Part shown: positions 18,932-26,791 of the stretch, piece after piece
Layout of the letters: the number at the start of each line of letters is the position of its first letter
Position numbering within the stretch: the stretch's first letter is position 1
Sequence record: SRR31156797_602
Reading direction: 5' to 3' (one strand)
DNA: 44,779 bases
Notes under the pieces: model-generated
What the model was told of the DNA's origin: nothing
Database searches by the model: none
What the model saw: the letters and a program-made list of their open reading frames with translations, nothing else
Position numbers and translations under genes: made by a program

Positions 18932-19417
18932 TTACTCACCCACAAATTTTCTAAACTTAGACAAATTATAAAGATACTCACGATTGCCGATCCACTTTTT
19001 GCCAGGTTCTGCACTAAGAGATTCAGAAAAATCCTTTTCCCATTCAAATTCTGTTTTGATGGGATATTCTTGAGAATCTCCAGCCAATTTTACCAAACGG
19101 ATAATGCGTGTCCAGCCTTGGCGAAACATTCCGACAAATCCTTTCGTCTTGATTAGATTAACGGCCTCATCGAAGTTGCCGCCGGATGTTTGAATCAGAC
19201 CAAGATTCATAATCCCCAACACACAATAAGATGCCTGCCGTAGATAAGCTTCGTAAATGACTTTATAGTATTTCTTTGCATAACCGAGGGATAATTCAGC
19301 CCCTTCGTTTTTTAATTTTCCCAATACCGATTGATCAATAAGTTGGTTATTGATGCCATATTCCAAAGTCTTGAAAAGAAACAGGCGAAAATCTTTCCTT
19401 ACAATATCATTGGCCAT
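18932..19417 (-). CDS. AtcC-like protein (short form)
   Basis: 161 aa; RKDFRLFLFKTLEYG...LID...GGNFDEA resembles the AtcC N-terminal region as I recall it; directly adjacent to the atcJ-like gene. Confidence 0.5.
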   Translation of the reverse strand: MANDIVRKDFRLFLFKTLEYGINNQLIDQSVLGKLKNEGAELSLGYAKKYYKVIYEAYLRQASYCVLGIMNLGLIQTSGGNFDEAVNLIKTKGFVGMFRQGWTRIIRLVKLAGDSQEYPIKTEFEWEKDFSESLSAEPGKKWIGNREYLYNLSKFRKFVGE

Positions 19418-19428
19418 ATATCCCCCTT

Positions 19429-20124
19429 TTATTGGACGGGCACAAACATTGTCTTCTCGATTGAAGTATCGAACACATCAATGTATTCAAGTGCTTTTGA
19501 CCATATATCGGCAATGTGATCAAGCAGTGAAGGGCTGCATGTATAGACAAAATCATAAACACTTTCGGCCACGGACGGCGCTGACCATCGCATCACTTCA
19601 AAAAAATGATCAGCACCTCCGGATTCTGTATCCAGGTCCTCAATGAGCAATGTTTGCCTTTTTTTTAATTCCCAACTAATAAACGGAAGGAATAGGTAAT
19701 GTAGGCTTAATTCATCAGAGGCGATGTTTTCAAGAATCTCTTTTTGCTCGATCCGATTTTTATCAATTAATATTAATGAAGCCATCAGGTTAAGGGCATC
19801 CTCCTGAATTTGCAAGAAATTCTCAACTTTTCCCCGGTTCAAAACACTTTCCCAAAAGAGCGGATCGACCTTTAAGACATTGGCAACAACTTCCGGCGTC
19901 AATTGCCAGCTAATCATGGATGGGCAAGAATAATCATTTTCCCTTAATATTGCGGCAATTTTAACGGGAGAAAGATGTGTCAGAATCTTTTTTACAAATT
20001 CATCTCCTTTTTCATCAGCTAGTGTTTCAAGTGCTTTTTCGGCCTTTTGTTCCGATATATCAGTGAGTTTATCGATTGATGCAACATGTTTATCGACGGT
20101 TGAGACATCGAATTCTTCACTCAT
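19429..20124 (-). CDS. AtcB-like acidic protein
   Basis: 231 aa from MSEEFD after RBS AAGGAGG; AEKALETLADEKGD...LSPVKIAAILRENDYSCPSMISWQLTPE resembles the AtcB family as I recall it. Confidence 0.5.
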   Translation of the reverse strand: MSEEFDVSTVDKHVASIDKLTDISEQKAEKALETLADEKGDEFVKKILTHLSPVKIAAILRENDYSCPSMISWQLTPEVVANVLKVDPLFWESVLNRGKVENFLQIQEDALNLMASLILIDKNRIEQKEILENIASDELSLHYLFLPFISWELKKRQTLLIEDLDTESGGADHFFEVMRWSAPSVAESVYDFVYTCSPSLLDHIADIWSKALEYIDVFDTSIEKTMFVPVQ

Positions 20125-20168
20125 ATTCTCCTCCTTATTGAGGGTTGTTTTGTCCCCGCCTACCTGAT

Positions 20169-21548
20169 TTACAACGTCCCGCGCAAAGGTAAAGGGGCCG
20201 GTACGGTTTTCGGCATCCTCTTTAATTCCGCCAAAACAAAAGCCATGGTGATAATAAACGTAACAAGATCGGCAACAGGAAATGAAAGCCAGACCCCGTT
20301 CAACCCGTAGAACCGCGGCAGGAAAACAATCAGGGGCACCAGGACCAACACCTGACGCGAAAGAGAAAGGAGCAGCGCCGGAACCGCTTTTCCAAGGGCC
20401 TGGAAAAATGCGGCGCCCACTATCTGGCATCCCGCAAGGGGCAGGAAAAAAACACACAAGCGAAGGGCATTGCTGCCGGATACCGCCAATTCCGGATCCT
20501 TCGTAAACATCCTCATGATGGCTTCGGGAAACAAAAGAACCACCAGAAAACCCGTGGTGGCCACAATTGTTGCGGCGATGAAGGTCAATTTGATGCTTTG
20601 GCGGACGCGTGGAAACCGGCGGGACCCATAGTTGAATCCGACAACCGGCTGCAACCCCAGGGTTATCCCCATGATCGGCATGAATATGAAGGAGAGCAGG
20701 CGGAAGATCACGCCAAAGGTCGCAATACCGATGGCGCCGCCATAATGGCTGAGGGTGTGGTTCAAAAGCGCTATCATAAAACTCATGGCGCCCATACGTA
20801 CGAAGGCGGAAGACCCCACCGCCAGCATTTCCTTTATAATCTCCATTTTAAGCCGCATATGGCGTAAGCCGAAGGGAATTTCACTGCGCCCGGACACAAA
20901 ATAGACCAACAGCAAAGTACTGGAAAGCGCCATGGAAATCACGGTGGCAACCGCGGCCCCGCGGATTCCCATCTTCAGAACATAAATGAAAATCGGATCC
21001 AGAATCATATTCAAAACAGCACCGGCCGTCATGGTCAGCATGGCCATTTTGGCATTGCCTTCGGCCCGGACCGCATCGTTGGCCACCATGGAAAAAGTCA
21101 TTAAGGGGCCTGAAAGGAAAATGATTTGAGCATACTGCCGGGCCGGCGGCAGCAAGGCTTCGGTTGTCCCGAAGATCCGCAGAAGGGGCGTCAGCGCAAA
21201 ACCACCGATTAGCTGGACGGCAAACCCTATTAGAACCGTCAGCAGCACCATATTTCCCAAGGTCCGCCCCATCTCCTCCTTGTTCTTTGCGCCCATACGT
21301 CGTGAAATAATGGAGGCGCCGCCGATGCCGATGGTTTGCACGACAGCCATTATCAGCATGACAATGGGCAAAACCACCGATATGGCGCCGATGCCCAGAG
21401 GGCCCACCCATTGACCGACAAAAATGGTATCCACCGTATTGTACACCGCATGGACCAACATGCCGACGATGGCGGGAAGGGACAACTTCATGAGCAATGG
21501 TCCGATTTTTTCGTCGGCCAGCATATCGCTTCTTGTTTTTGTTTTCAT
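20169..21548 (-). CDS. MATE family efflux transporter (MepA-like)
   Basis: 459 aa, about 12 TM; YNTVDTIFVG, RAEGN, NMILDPIFI, GAAVATVIS, QPVVGFNYG. Confidence 0.93.
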   Translation of the reverse strand: MKTKTRSDMLADEKIGPLLMKLSLPAIVGMLVHAVYNTVDTIFVGQWVGPLGIGAISVVLPIVMLIMAVVQTIGIGGASIISRRMGAKNKEEMGRTLGNMVLLTVLIGFAVQLIGGFALTPLLRIFGTTEALLPPARQYAQIIFLSGPLMTFSMVANDAVRAEGNAKMAMLTMTAGAVLNMILDPIFIYVLKMGIRGAAVATVISMALSSTLLLVYFVSGRSEIPFGLRHMRLKMEIIKEMLAVGSSAFVRMGAMSFMIALLNHTLSHYGGAIGIATFGVIFRLLSFIFMPIMGITLGLQPVVGFNYGSRRFPRVRQSIKLTFIAATIVATTGFLVVLLFPEAIMRMFTKDPELAVSGSNALRLCVFFLPLAGCQIVGAAFFQALGKAVPALLLSLSRQVLVLVPLIVFLPRFYGLNGVWLSFPVADLVTFIITMAFVLAELKRMPKTVPAPLPLRGTL

Positions 21549-21741
21549 CTAAGATCCTTTCTTGAAGACCCGACTATCAAATTTGTCGGCAAACGCGTTA
21601 ATGAGCAAACCGTCAAAAACCGTTTACGGTGCCAACGGCATTAGCATTCGGGTAATCGTCAGGGACTGAGATGCGGTTTATGACACAATTATATTTTTTT
21701 TGTCAACAATTTTTTTATAAATATATCAGCTATTTATATAG

Positions 21742-21770
21742 TTGACAAAGGGGTGAAACACTGCTATGAT
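21742..21770 (+). promoter_or_regulatory. Strong sigma70-type promoter with no credible downstream CDS
   Basis: TTGACA-17 nt-TATGAT with extended TG. A mirror TTGACA (21701-21706, minus strand) faces the MATE gene. Confidence 0.65.
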
Positions 21771-21776
21771 CTTTAT

Positions 21777-21963
21777 CAAGAATCGCGCTAAAACCTATGG
21801 AAAGCCGGGAATTTTAAAATATGGTACCGAAATTTCAAGTTGGGCTTATGCGCGGTTCCCCAGGGGATCTGCCGGTTCATTGATAGGAAAACCCGGAATA
21901 AGCCTGACGCTGGAATTGATATTTTTGAAGAGAAAGACCGAATCTAAATCAGAAGTGCGCTTA
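21777..21963 (+). ncRNA. Candidate structured small RNA (family unknown)
   Basis: Lies behind the promoter. Nested helices AATTTCA/TGGAATT, GTTGGGCTTAT/ATAAGCCTGAC and AAAATAT/ATATTTT, plus two apical hairpins; G-U pairs favour the + strand. Confidence 0.35.
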
Positions 21964-21977
21964 ACGGTTGGCAACCA

Positions 21978-22490
21978 TCATCGAACAAACCCATGAATGG
22001 AATGGGCATCATCAATGGATGGGTTTGAGATTATCATTCCGGCGTCAAGGGTTCGACGCTTAAGGCTCTTCGCGCCCATACCGCGCAAGGCCTGCATGGC
22101 CGCATCATAAGGGAGCAGAACACAGGAATGTCGGCTCTTTCGGGAACGGACAGGGCTGAAGATATCGTGGCTTTCCGGAAAAGGAAACGCTTCATCTTTT
22201 GATTTCAGGGCCTTTCCAAAAGATTCTCTCAACCGGCCGAGCGTCTCAAGGTCCAATCCCGCGGCAAGGAACGCCAGATGGGCCGCGGATGCTTTGGCAA
22301 GGATGCAGCCGCGCACATGAAAAGCGATCTCTTCTATCCGGGAAAAATGCATTTTTATTTCGACGCTGATGCGATCTCCGCACAAGGGGTTGTTTTCCGT
22401 TGCACGACAATCCGCATTTTCAAGTGTGCCCATGTGCTCTTTTCGCTTTGACCATGCGATTATGGGATCATGATACATATCATTGCTCAT
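21978..22490 (-). CDS. sufU: SufU/IscU-type sulfur-transfer or scaffold protein
   Basis: NPLCGD, RGCILAKASA and RHSCVLLP motifs. Confidence 0.85.
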   Translation of the reverse strand: MSNDMYHDPIIAWSKRKEHMGTLENADCRATENNPLCGDRISVEIKMHFSRIEEIAFHVRGCILAKASAAHLAFLAAGLDLETLGRLRESFGKALKSKDEAFPFPESHDIFSPVRSRKSRHSCVLLPYDAAMQALRGMGAKSLKRRTLDAGMIISNPSIDDAHSIHGFVR

Positions 22491-22504
22491 AGTTTAAATC
22501 CTCT

Positions 22505-23746
22505 CTAATCCAGGATATTGAGACAATCTTCAAGCCCGTTCAACAGAGCATCCACATCTTCCTGACCATTGAACATGCCGAGACTGGCGCGGGTGGTCCC
22601 ATCCAGATCAAATATCTCATGAAGGGGTTCTGCGCAATGGTGGCCTCCTCGAAGCGCCACCCCATGCCGATCGTTCATGATCTGGCAAATATCGTGGGGA
22701 TGTGCATCCTTTACGGCAAAGGAAATCAGAGGCAAGCGTTGCTCTCCCCTCGGGGGCCCGAGAATGCGGATTCTGTTGTCATATTCTTTGTTCAATTGCG
22801 CCATACCCGCCATGATCCCATCCGTGAGCCCCTTTAGATGATGGTGGATTCCCGGCATATCCTGCTTGCCGAGCCATTCCAACGCCACCCCCAAACCCAC
22901 GGCCTGGGTAATGGGAGGGGTTCCGGCTTCAAACTTACGGGGCGGGGCCGCATAACGGGTTTCTTCAAACGCAACGTGGGCAACCATTTCCCCACCGCCA
23001 AAAGCGGGCGGCATTTGCTCAAGTAATTCCATCCTTCCCCAAAGGACTCCCACGCCGTTGGGACCGTAGGTTTTGTGCCCCGAAAAAACATAGAAATCCA
23101 CGCCGAGTCGGGGCAGGTCGAGGGGACCGTGGGGGGCCATCTGGGCGCCGTCCAGCATCAGTTTGGCGCCCCTTTTGCGGGCAATCCCGGCAATGACGGC
23201 CACATCCGTGACGGCGCCGGTAACATTGGACGCGTGGGTCACCGCCACCAGTTTTGTTGCAGGGGTTATGACCTCCTCAACCCGTTTAAGATCGAGGACG
23301 CCGTTTCCGTCCACGGGCAGAAACCTTAAGCGCACGCCTTTTAATTGCTTCAACATTTGCCAGGGAACAAGGTTGCTATGGTGTTCCGCCTGGGAAAGCA
23401 CTATTTCGTCGCCCGGTTTCAAACTCTGCCCGAAACCGAGCGCGATCAGATTGATTCCCGCCGTGGCGCCGCCGGTAAAAACCACTTCATGGGGATTTTC
23501 AATCCCCAAATAGCGGGCGACTCGTTCCCTTGCATTTTCAAATGCATCGGTCGCCTCCTGGGCGAGTCTGTGGATGCCGCGTTTAACGTTTGCGCGGGAC
23601 CTGGTATCATGGGTCGTCATGGCGGATATGACGCAATCTGGAATCTGTGCGGTGGCGGCATTGTCCAGATAATGAAATCGCCCTTCCGACTCATAATGCC
23701 TGACAATAGCAAACTGCCGGGCCATATGATCACTATCAAACATCAT
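22505..23746 (-). CDS. sufS: Group II cysteine desulfurase (SufS-type)
   Basis: YLDNAATAQ, EHHSN, DGAQ, SGHKTYGP (PLP Lys), RGGHHCA (catalytic Cys). Confidence 0.92.
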   Translation of the reverse strand: MMFDSDHMARQFAIVRHYESEGRFHYLDNAATAQIPDCVISAMTTHDTRSRANVKRGIHRLAQEATDAFENARERVARYLGIENPHEVVFTGGATAGINLIALGFGQSLKPGDEIVLSQAEHHSNLVPWQMLKQLKGVRLRFLPVDGNGVLDLKRVEEVITPATKLVAVTHASNVTGAVTDVAVIAGIARKRGAKLMLDGAQMAPHGPLDLPRLGVDFYVFSGHKTYGPNGVGVLWGRMELLEQMPPAFGGGEMVAHVAFEETRYAAPPRKFEAGTPPITQAVGLGVALEWLGKQDMPGIHHHLKGLTDGIMAGMAQLNKEYDNRIRILGPPRGEQRLPLISFAVKDAHPHDICQIMNDRHGVALRGGHHCAEPLHEIFDLDGTTRASLGMFNGQEDVDALLNGLEDCLNILD

Positions 23747-23806
23747 GATTTACCCTTGAATGAGAAATAAATTACAGAAATAACGCCAAGCTCTCATAAA
23801 GCGCTT

Positions 23807-24622
23807 TCAGTCAGAACCGAGAGCAGCGACTTGTTTCATTTCTTGCTTCTTGAAAAACGCAACCACTGTACCCACGTTTTCGATGGCAACTTTCAATTCC
23901 GTATCCTGATCAATCGGCACCAATTCCACCGGAGACCCGGGAATGACAAAGCTATTTCTTTTTAGAGATCGCCCATTTTTTGTGAGGAATTCCACCAGCC
24001 AACGAAGCGAATGTAGAGGCCCACCCATAATTTCCGAAGCAGGCGCCGACGCCACCAAAACCCCATTTTTGTAAACATGAAAGACTTCATTGCTAAAAAG
24101 TAAATCTCCGGGAGGAACCTTTGTGCTCCCCACAACGAGACCTGCATGAATACCGCCTGAACAAATCAGTTCCTGCACACTCGCAGGCGGATTCCAAAAC
24201 TTGAAATTATGAATCTCAATACCGGGGCTAACATATTCAATTGAATCGATAAGCTCACTATCCGAAAGGTTTTCTCCGCTAAGTTCTTTACCGATTTTCA
24301 GGACCATTTCCGGCTCAATGGCACAGTTTACAAAGTCACGCCAGTCAATTACGGCATTTTCTTCAAAAACATGAGGTTGGAAGAGATTTCCATTGATGGG
24401 TTCGGTCAACCCAAATTGTGAACGTATTGCGCTGCTTGTGCAACCCACTTTGTAACCGACAATTTTCTCACCGGCTTCAATCCTCTTTTTTGCCACCAAA
24501 TTCTGCACTTTATAAGCTTCTGCAATGGAAAGTTCCGAGACAGCAGGCTCACATTCACCCAACCACTCTTTCCCATAGAAAGCGTTGAAAAATTGATCGG
24601 CTAATAAATCTAATGATTTCAT
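23807..24622 (-). CDS. FAH-superfamily hydratase/decarboxylase, 2-keto-4-pentenoate hydratase (MhpD)-like
   Basis: AYKVQ, GYKVGCTS, IEPEM, PGIEI and GGPLHSLRWL motifs. Confidence 0.8.
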   Translation of the reverse strand: MKSLDLLADQFFNAFYGKEWLGECEPAVSELSIAEAYKVQNLVAKKRIEAGEKIVGYKVGCTSSAIRSQFGLTEPINGNLFQPHVFEENAVIDWRDFVNCAIEPEMVLKIGKELSGENLSDSELIDSIEYVSPGIEIHNFKFWNPPASVQELICSGGIHAGLVVGSTKVPPGDLLFSNEVFHVYKNGVLVASAPASEIMGGPLHSLRWLVEFLTKNGRSLKRNSFVIPGSPVELVPIDQDTELKVAIENVGTVVAFFKKQEMKQVAALGSD

Positions 24623-24675
24623 CTTTTAAATCGAACCATTTCCTTGTGGAGACCTGAATAAGCATACGTCCAATA

Positions 24676-25680
24676 TTAACCATGCCATTCCTGAACAATC
24701 TCCGCCATGATGGAGACGGCAATCTCTTGAGGGCTTTTTGCGCCGATGGAAAGGCCCACGGGGGCGTGTATGCGCTGCAGGCTCTCCTTAGAAAGACCAT
24801 TCATTTCAAGACGCGCAAGTCTGTCCGCATGGGTTCGGGTGCTTCCGAGGGCGCCCACATAAAAGGCTTTGGATCCGAGCGCCTCAATCAGGGCCGGATC
24901 ATCGATTTTCGGATCATGGGTCAGCACCACCACGGCGGTTTTTGAGCAAACGTTGATTTCCTTCATGGCCTCGTCGGGCCAAACATCTCTCAGTTCCACA
25001 TCAGGAAATCGCTCGGTGGTGGCAAAAGCCTTCCGGGGGTCAATGATCACCACCTCATAGCCTGCTATCCTGGCGATCCTTGAAAGGGCCATGGAAATAT
25101 GGACGGCGCCGACAATGAGGAGTCTTGGTTCCGGGACAAAACGGTGAAGAAAAAACCGTCTGCCGTCGGATTCCAGAACAACACCGTCCTTTTTACCGAA
25201 AAGATCCGTTGCATCATTTTCCATATTGAATGGAAGGTTTAGAACGCCCTTCGAACCGTAGGGCAAAACAAAAGTTTTCTCTCCCGTCTCAAGATCGGCA
25301 ACGAGGGAAACGGTATTTCTCTCTATTAGCAGATTGTTCAGCTTTTTTAGAACTTCTCCCTGACCCGTTGCCCTTGTAACCCAAACATCCACTTTCCCGC
25401 CGCATGCAAGCCCGGAATCCCACGCTTGTGCATTGGTCACACCAAATGAAAGAATTCGGGAGTCGCCCTCTTGGATGACTTCAAGGGCTTCGGCAATGAC
25501 TTCCCCTTCGATGCAGCCGCCGGAAACGGAACCTTCGAAATTTCCGTTCCCATCAACGACCATCTGGCTGCCCACAGGTCTTGGCGAAGAGCCCCATGTG
25601 GCCACAACGGTTGCAACGGCGATTTTACGTCCTTGCTCAATCCATGAAAGAGATTTTTGAATTATTTCCATTTTGTTCAT
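24676..25680 (-). CDS. xdhC: XdhC/CoxI-family molybdenum cofactor sulfuration/insertion chaperone
   Basis: GSSPRPVG, GSVSGGCIE, LACGG, GAVHIS, THDPKIDD, YVGALGS and PVGLSIGA motifs. Confidence 0.92.
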   Translation of the reverse strand: MNKMEIIQKSLSWIEQGRKIAVATVVATWGSSPRPVGSQMVVDGNGNFEGSVSGGCIEGEVIAEALEVIQEGDSRILSFGVTNAQAWDSGLACGGKVDVWVTRATGQGEVLKKLNNLLIERNTVSLVADLETGEKTFVLPYGSKGVLNLPFNMENDATDLFGKKDGVVLESDGRRFFLHRFVPEPRLLIVGAVHISMALSRIARIAGYEVVIIDPRKAFATTERFPDVELRDVWPDEAMKEINVCSKTAVVVLTHDPKIDDPALIEALGSKAFYVGALGSTRTHADRLARLEMNGLSKESLQRIHAPVGLSIGAKSPQEIAVSIMAEIVQEWHG

Positions 25681-25713
25681 ATTACACCATTCCCTCCGGC
25701 ATTGAACAGCCGA

Positions 25714-26709
25714 TCAATTCCGACCACTGGCCCGAGACGAGGCTTCATAAGTCCCAGAAGAAAACCCGTAGGCGCGAACGATTTCAATCAAAACGCCCAT
25801 CTTTCTCCCATAGGCCTCCCCTGACGGTTTTTTCAGCGTTTCCAGGGGATATGTCATCCCCAATGAGCCGTATTTCATTTTGCCCAATTCATGAAACGGC
25901 AGCAACTCCAGTCGTATAACTGTGTTTCGGCATTCCTGACGCAGGAATGCGGCCGTCTCTCTTATGTTATCTTCAGAATCGTTATGGCCGGGGACCACGG
26001 GGACCCTTACCACCATGGGAATTCCGGTCCCTGAAAGCTTTCTGATATTTTCAAGGATGAGTTCGTTTGAAAAACCTGTGTATTCCAGATGCTTTTTTGT
26101 ATCCATCTGTTTGATATCGGTAATAAAATAATCGATGTAGGGAAGGGTTTCTTCAATGATTTTCCACGATACCGGCATGGCGGACTCAACACAGGTATGC
26201 AGGTTCTCCCTTTTTGCTTCTTTCAGAAGCGCTTTTGTAAAATCCCATTGAAAAAATGGTTCACCGCCGGAAACGGTCACGCCGCCGCCGGTTTCTTCAA
26301 AGAATGCCCGATCCCGACAAACCTCTTTTATCTGATCCGCTGCGGTTACCCGTTTGCCCCAGACGGTCAAGGCGTTTGCCGGGCATGCCTCGGCGCATTT
26401 CAAACAGGCAGTGCAAAGACTGCGATCGATGGCGATCACGCGATGGTCTTTCACACAAAAAACATTCTCTACTGGACAAACCGCCATACAGTAGCCGCAT
26501 TTTTCGATATCAATACAGCGCTTGGGAAAAACGCCGATTTCAGGATTCAAGCCCCAACTTTCAGGATTGTCACACCATCTACAGCGCAATGGGCATCCTT
26601 TCAGGAAAACCTGGGTCCGAGTGCCAGGTCCATCATGAATCGTATACCGCTGGACATTGAAAACCGTCCCCTTTAGGACGTTGTCCGTTTCAGGCGCATC
26701 ATCAGGCAT
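25714..26709 (-). CDS. Glycyl-radical enzyme activating enzyme (radical SAM with ferredoxin insert)
   Basis: HDGPGTRT, GCPLRCRWC, two CxxCxxxCP-type clusters, GGVTVSGGEP. Likely start MPDDAPE at 26709. Confidence 0.93.
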   Translation of the reverse strand: MPDDAPETDNVLKGTVFNVQRYTIHDGPGTRTQVFLKGCPLRCRWCDNPESWGLNPEIGVFPKRCIDIEKCGYCMAVCPVENVFCVKDHRVIAIDRSLCTACLKCAEACPANALTVWGKRVTAADQIKEVCRDRAFFEETGGGVTVSGGEPFFQWDFTKALLKEAKRENLHTCVESAMPVSWKIIEETLPYIDYFITDIKQMDTKKHLEYTGFSNELILENIRKLSGTGIPMVVRVPVVPGHNDSEDNIRETAAFLRQECRNTVIRLELLPFHELGKMKYGSLGMTYPLETLKKPSGEAYGRKMGVLIEIVRAYGFSSGTYEASSRASGRN

Positions 26710-26791
26710 AATTTTTCTCGGTTTGCAAGCGGGACGGAAGGTTTCGTTTGACCCAATCGGAGCGAAACCAATTTTCTTCTGACCGCACCAT

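Noticed and set aside
20125-20457. N-terminal extension of the 342-aa ORF
   Set aside because: It overlaps the MATE gene; RBS AAGGAGG marks ATG 20124.
21766-21996. 76-aa + strand ORF
   Set aside because: Its ATG lies inside the -10 box, with no RBS and no recognisable protein features.
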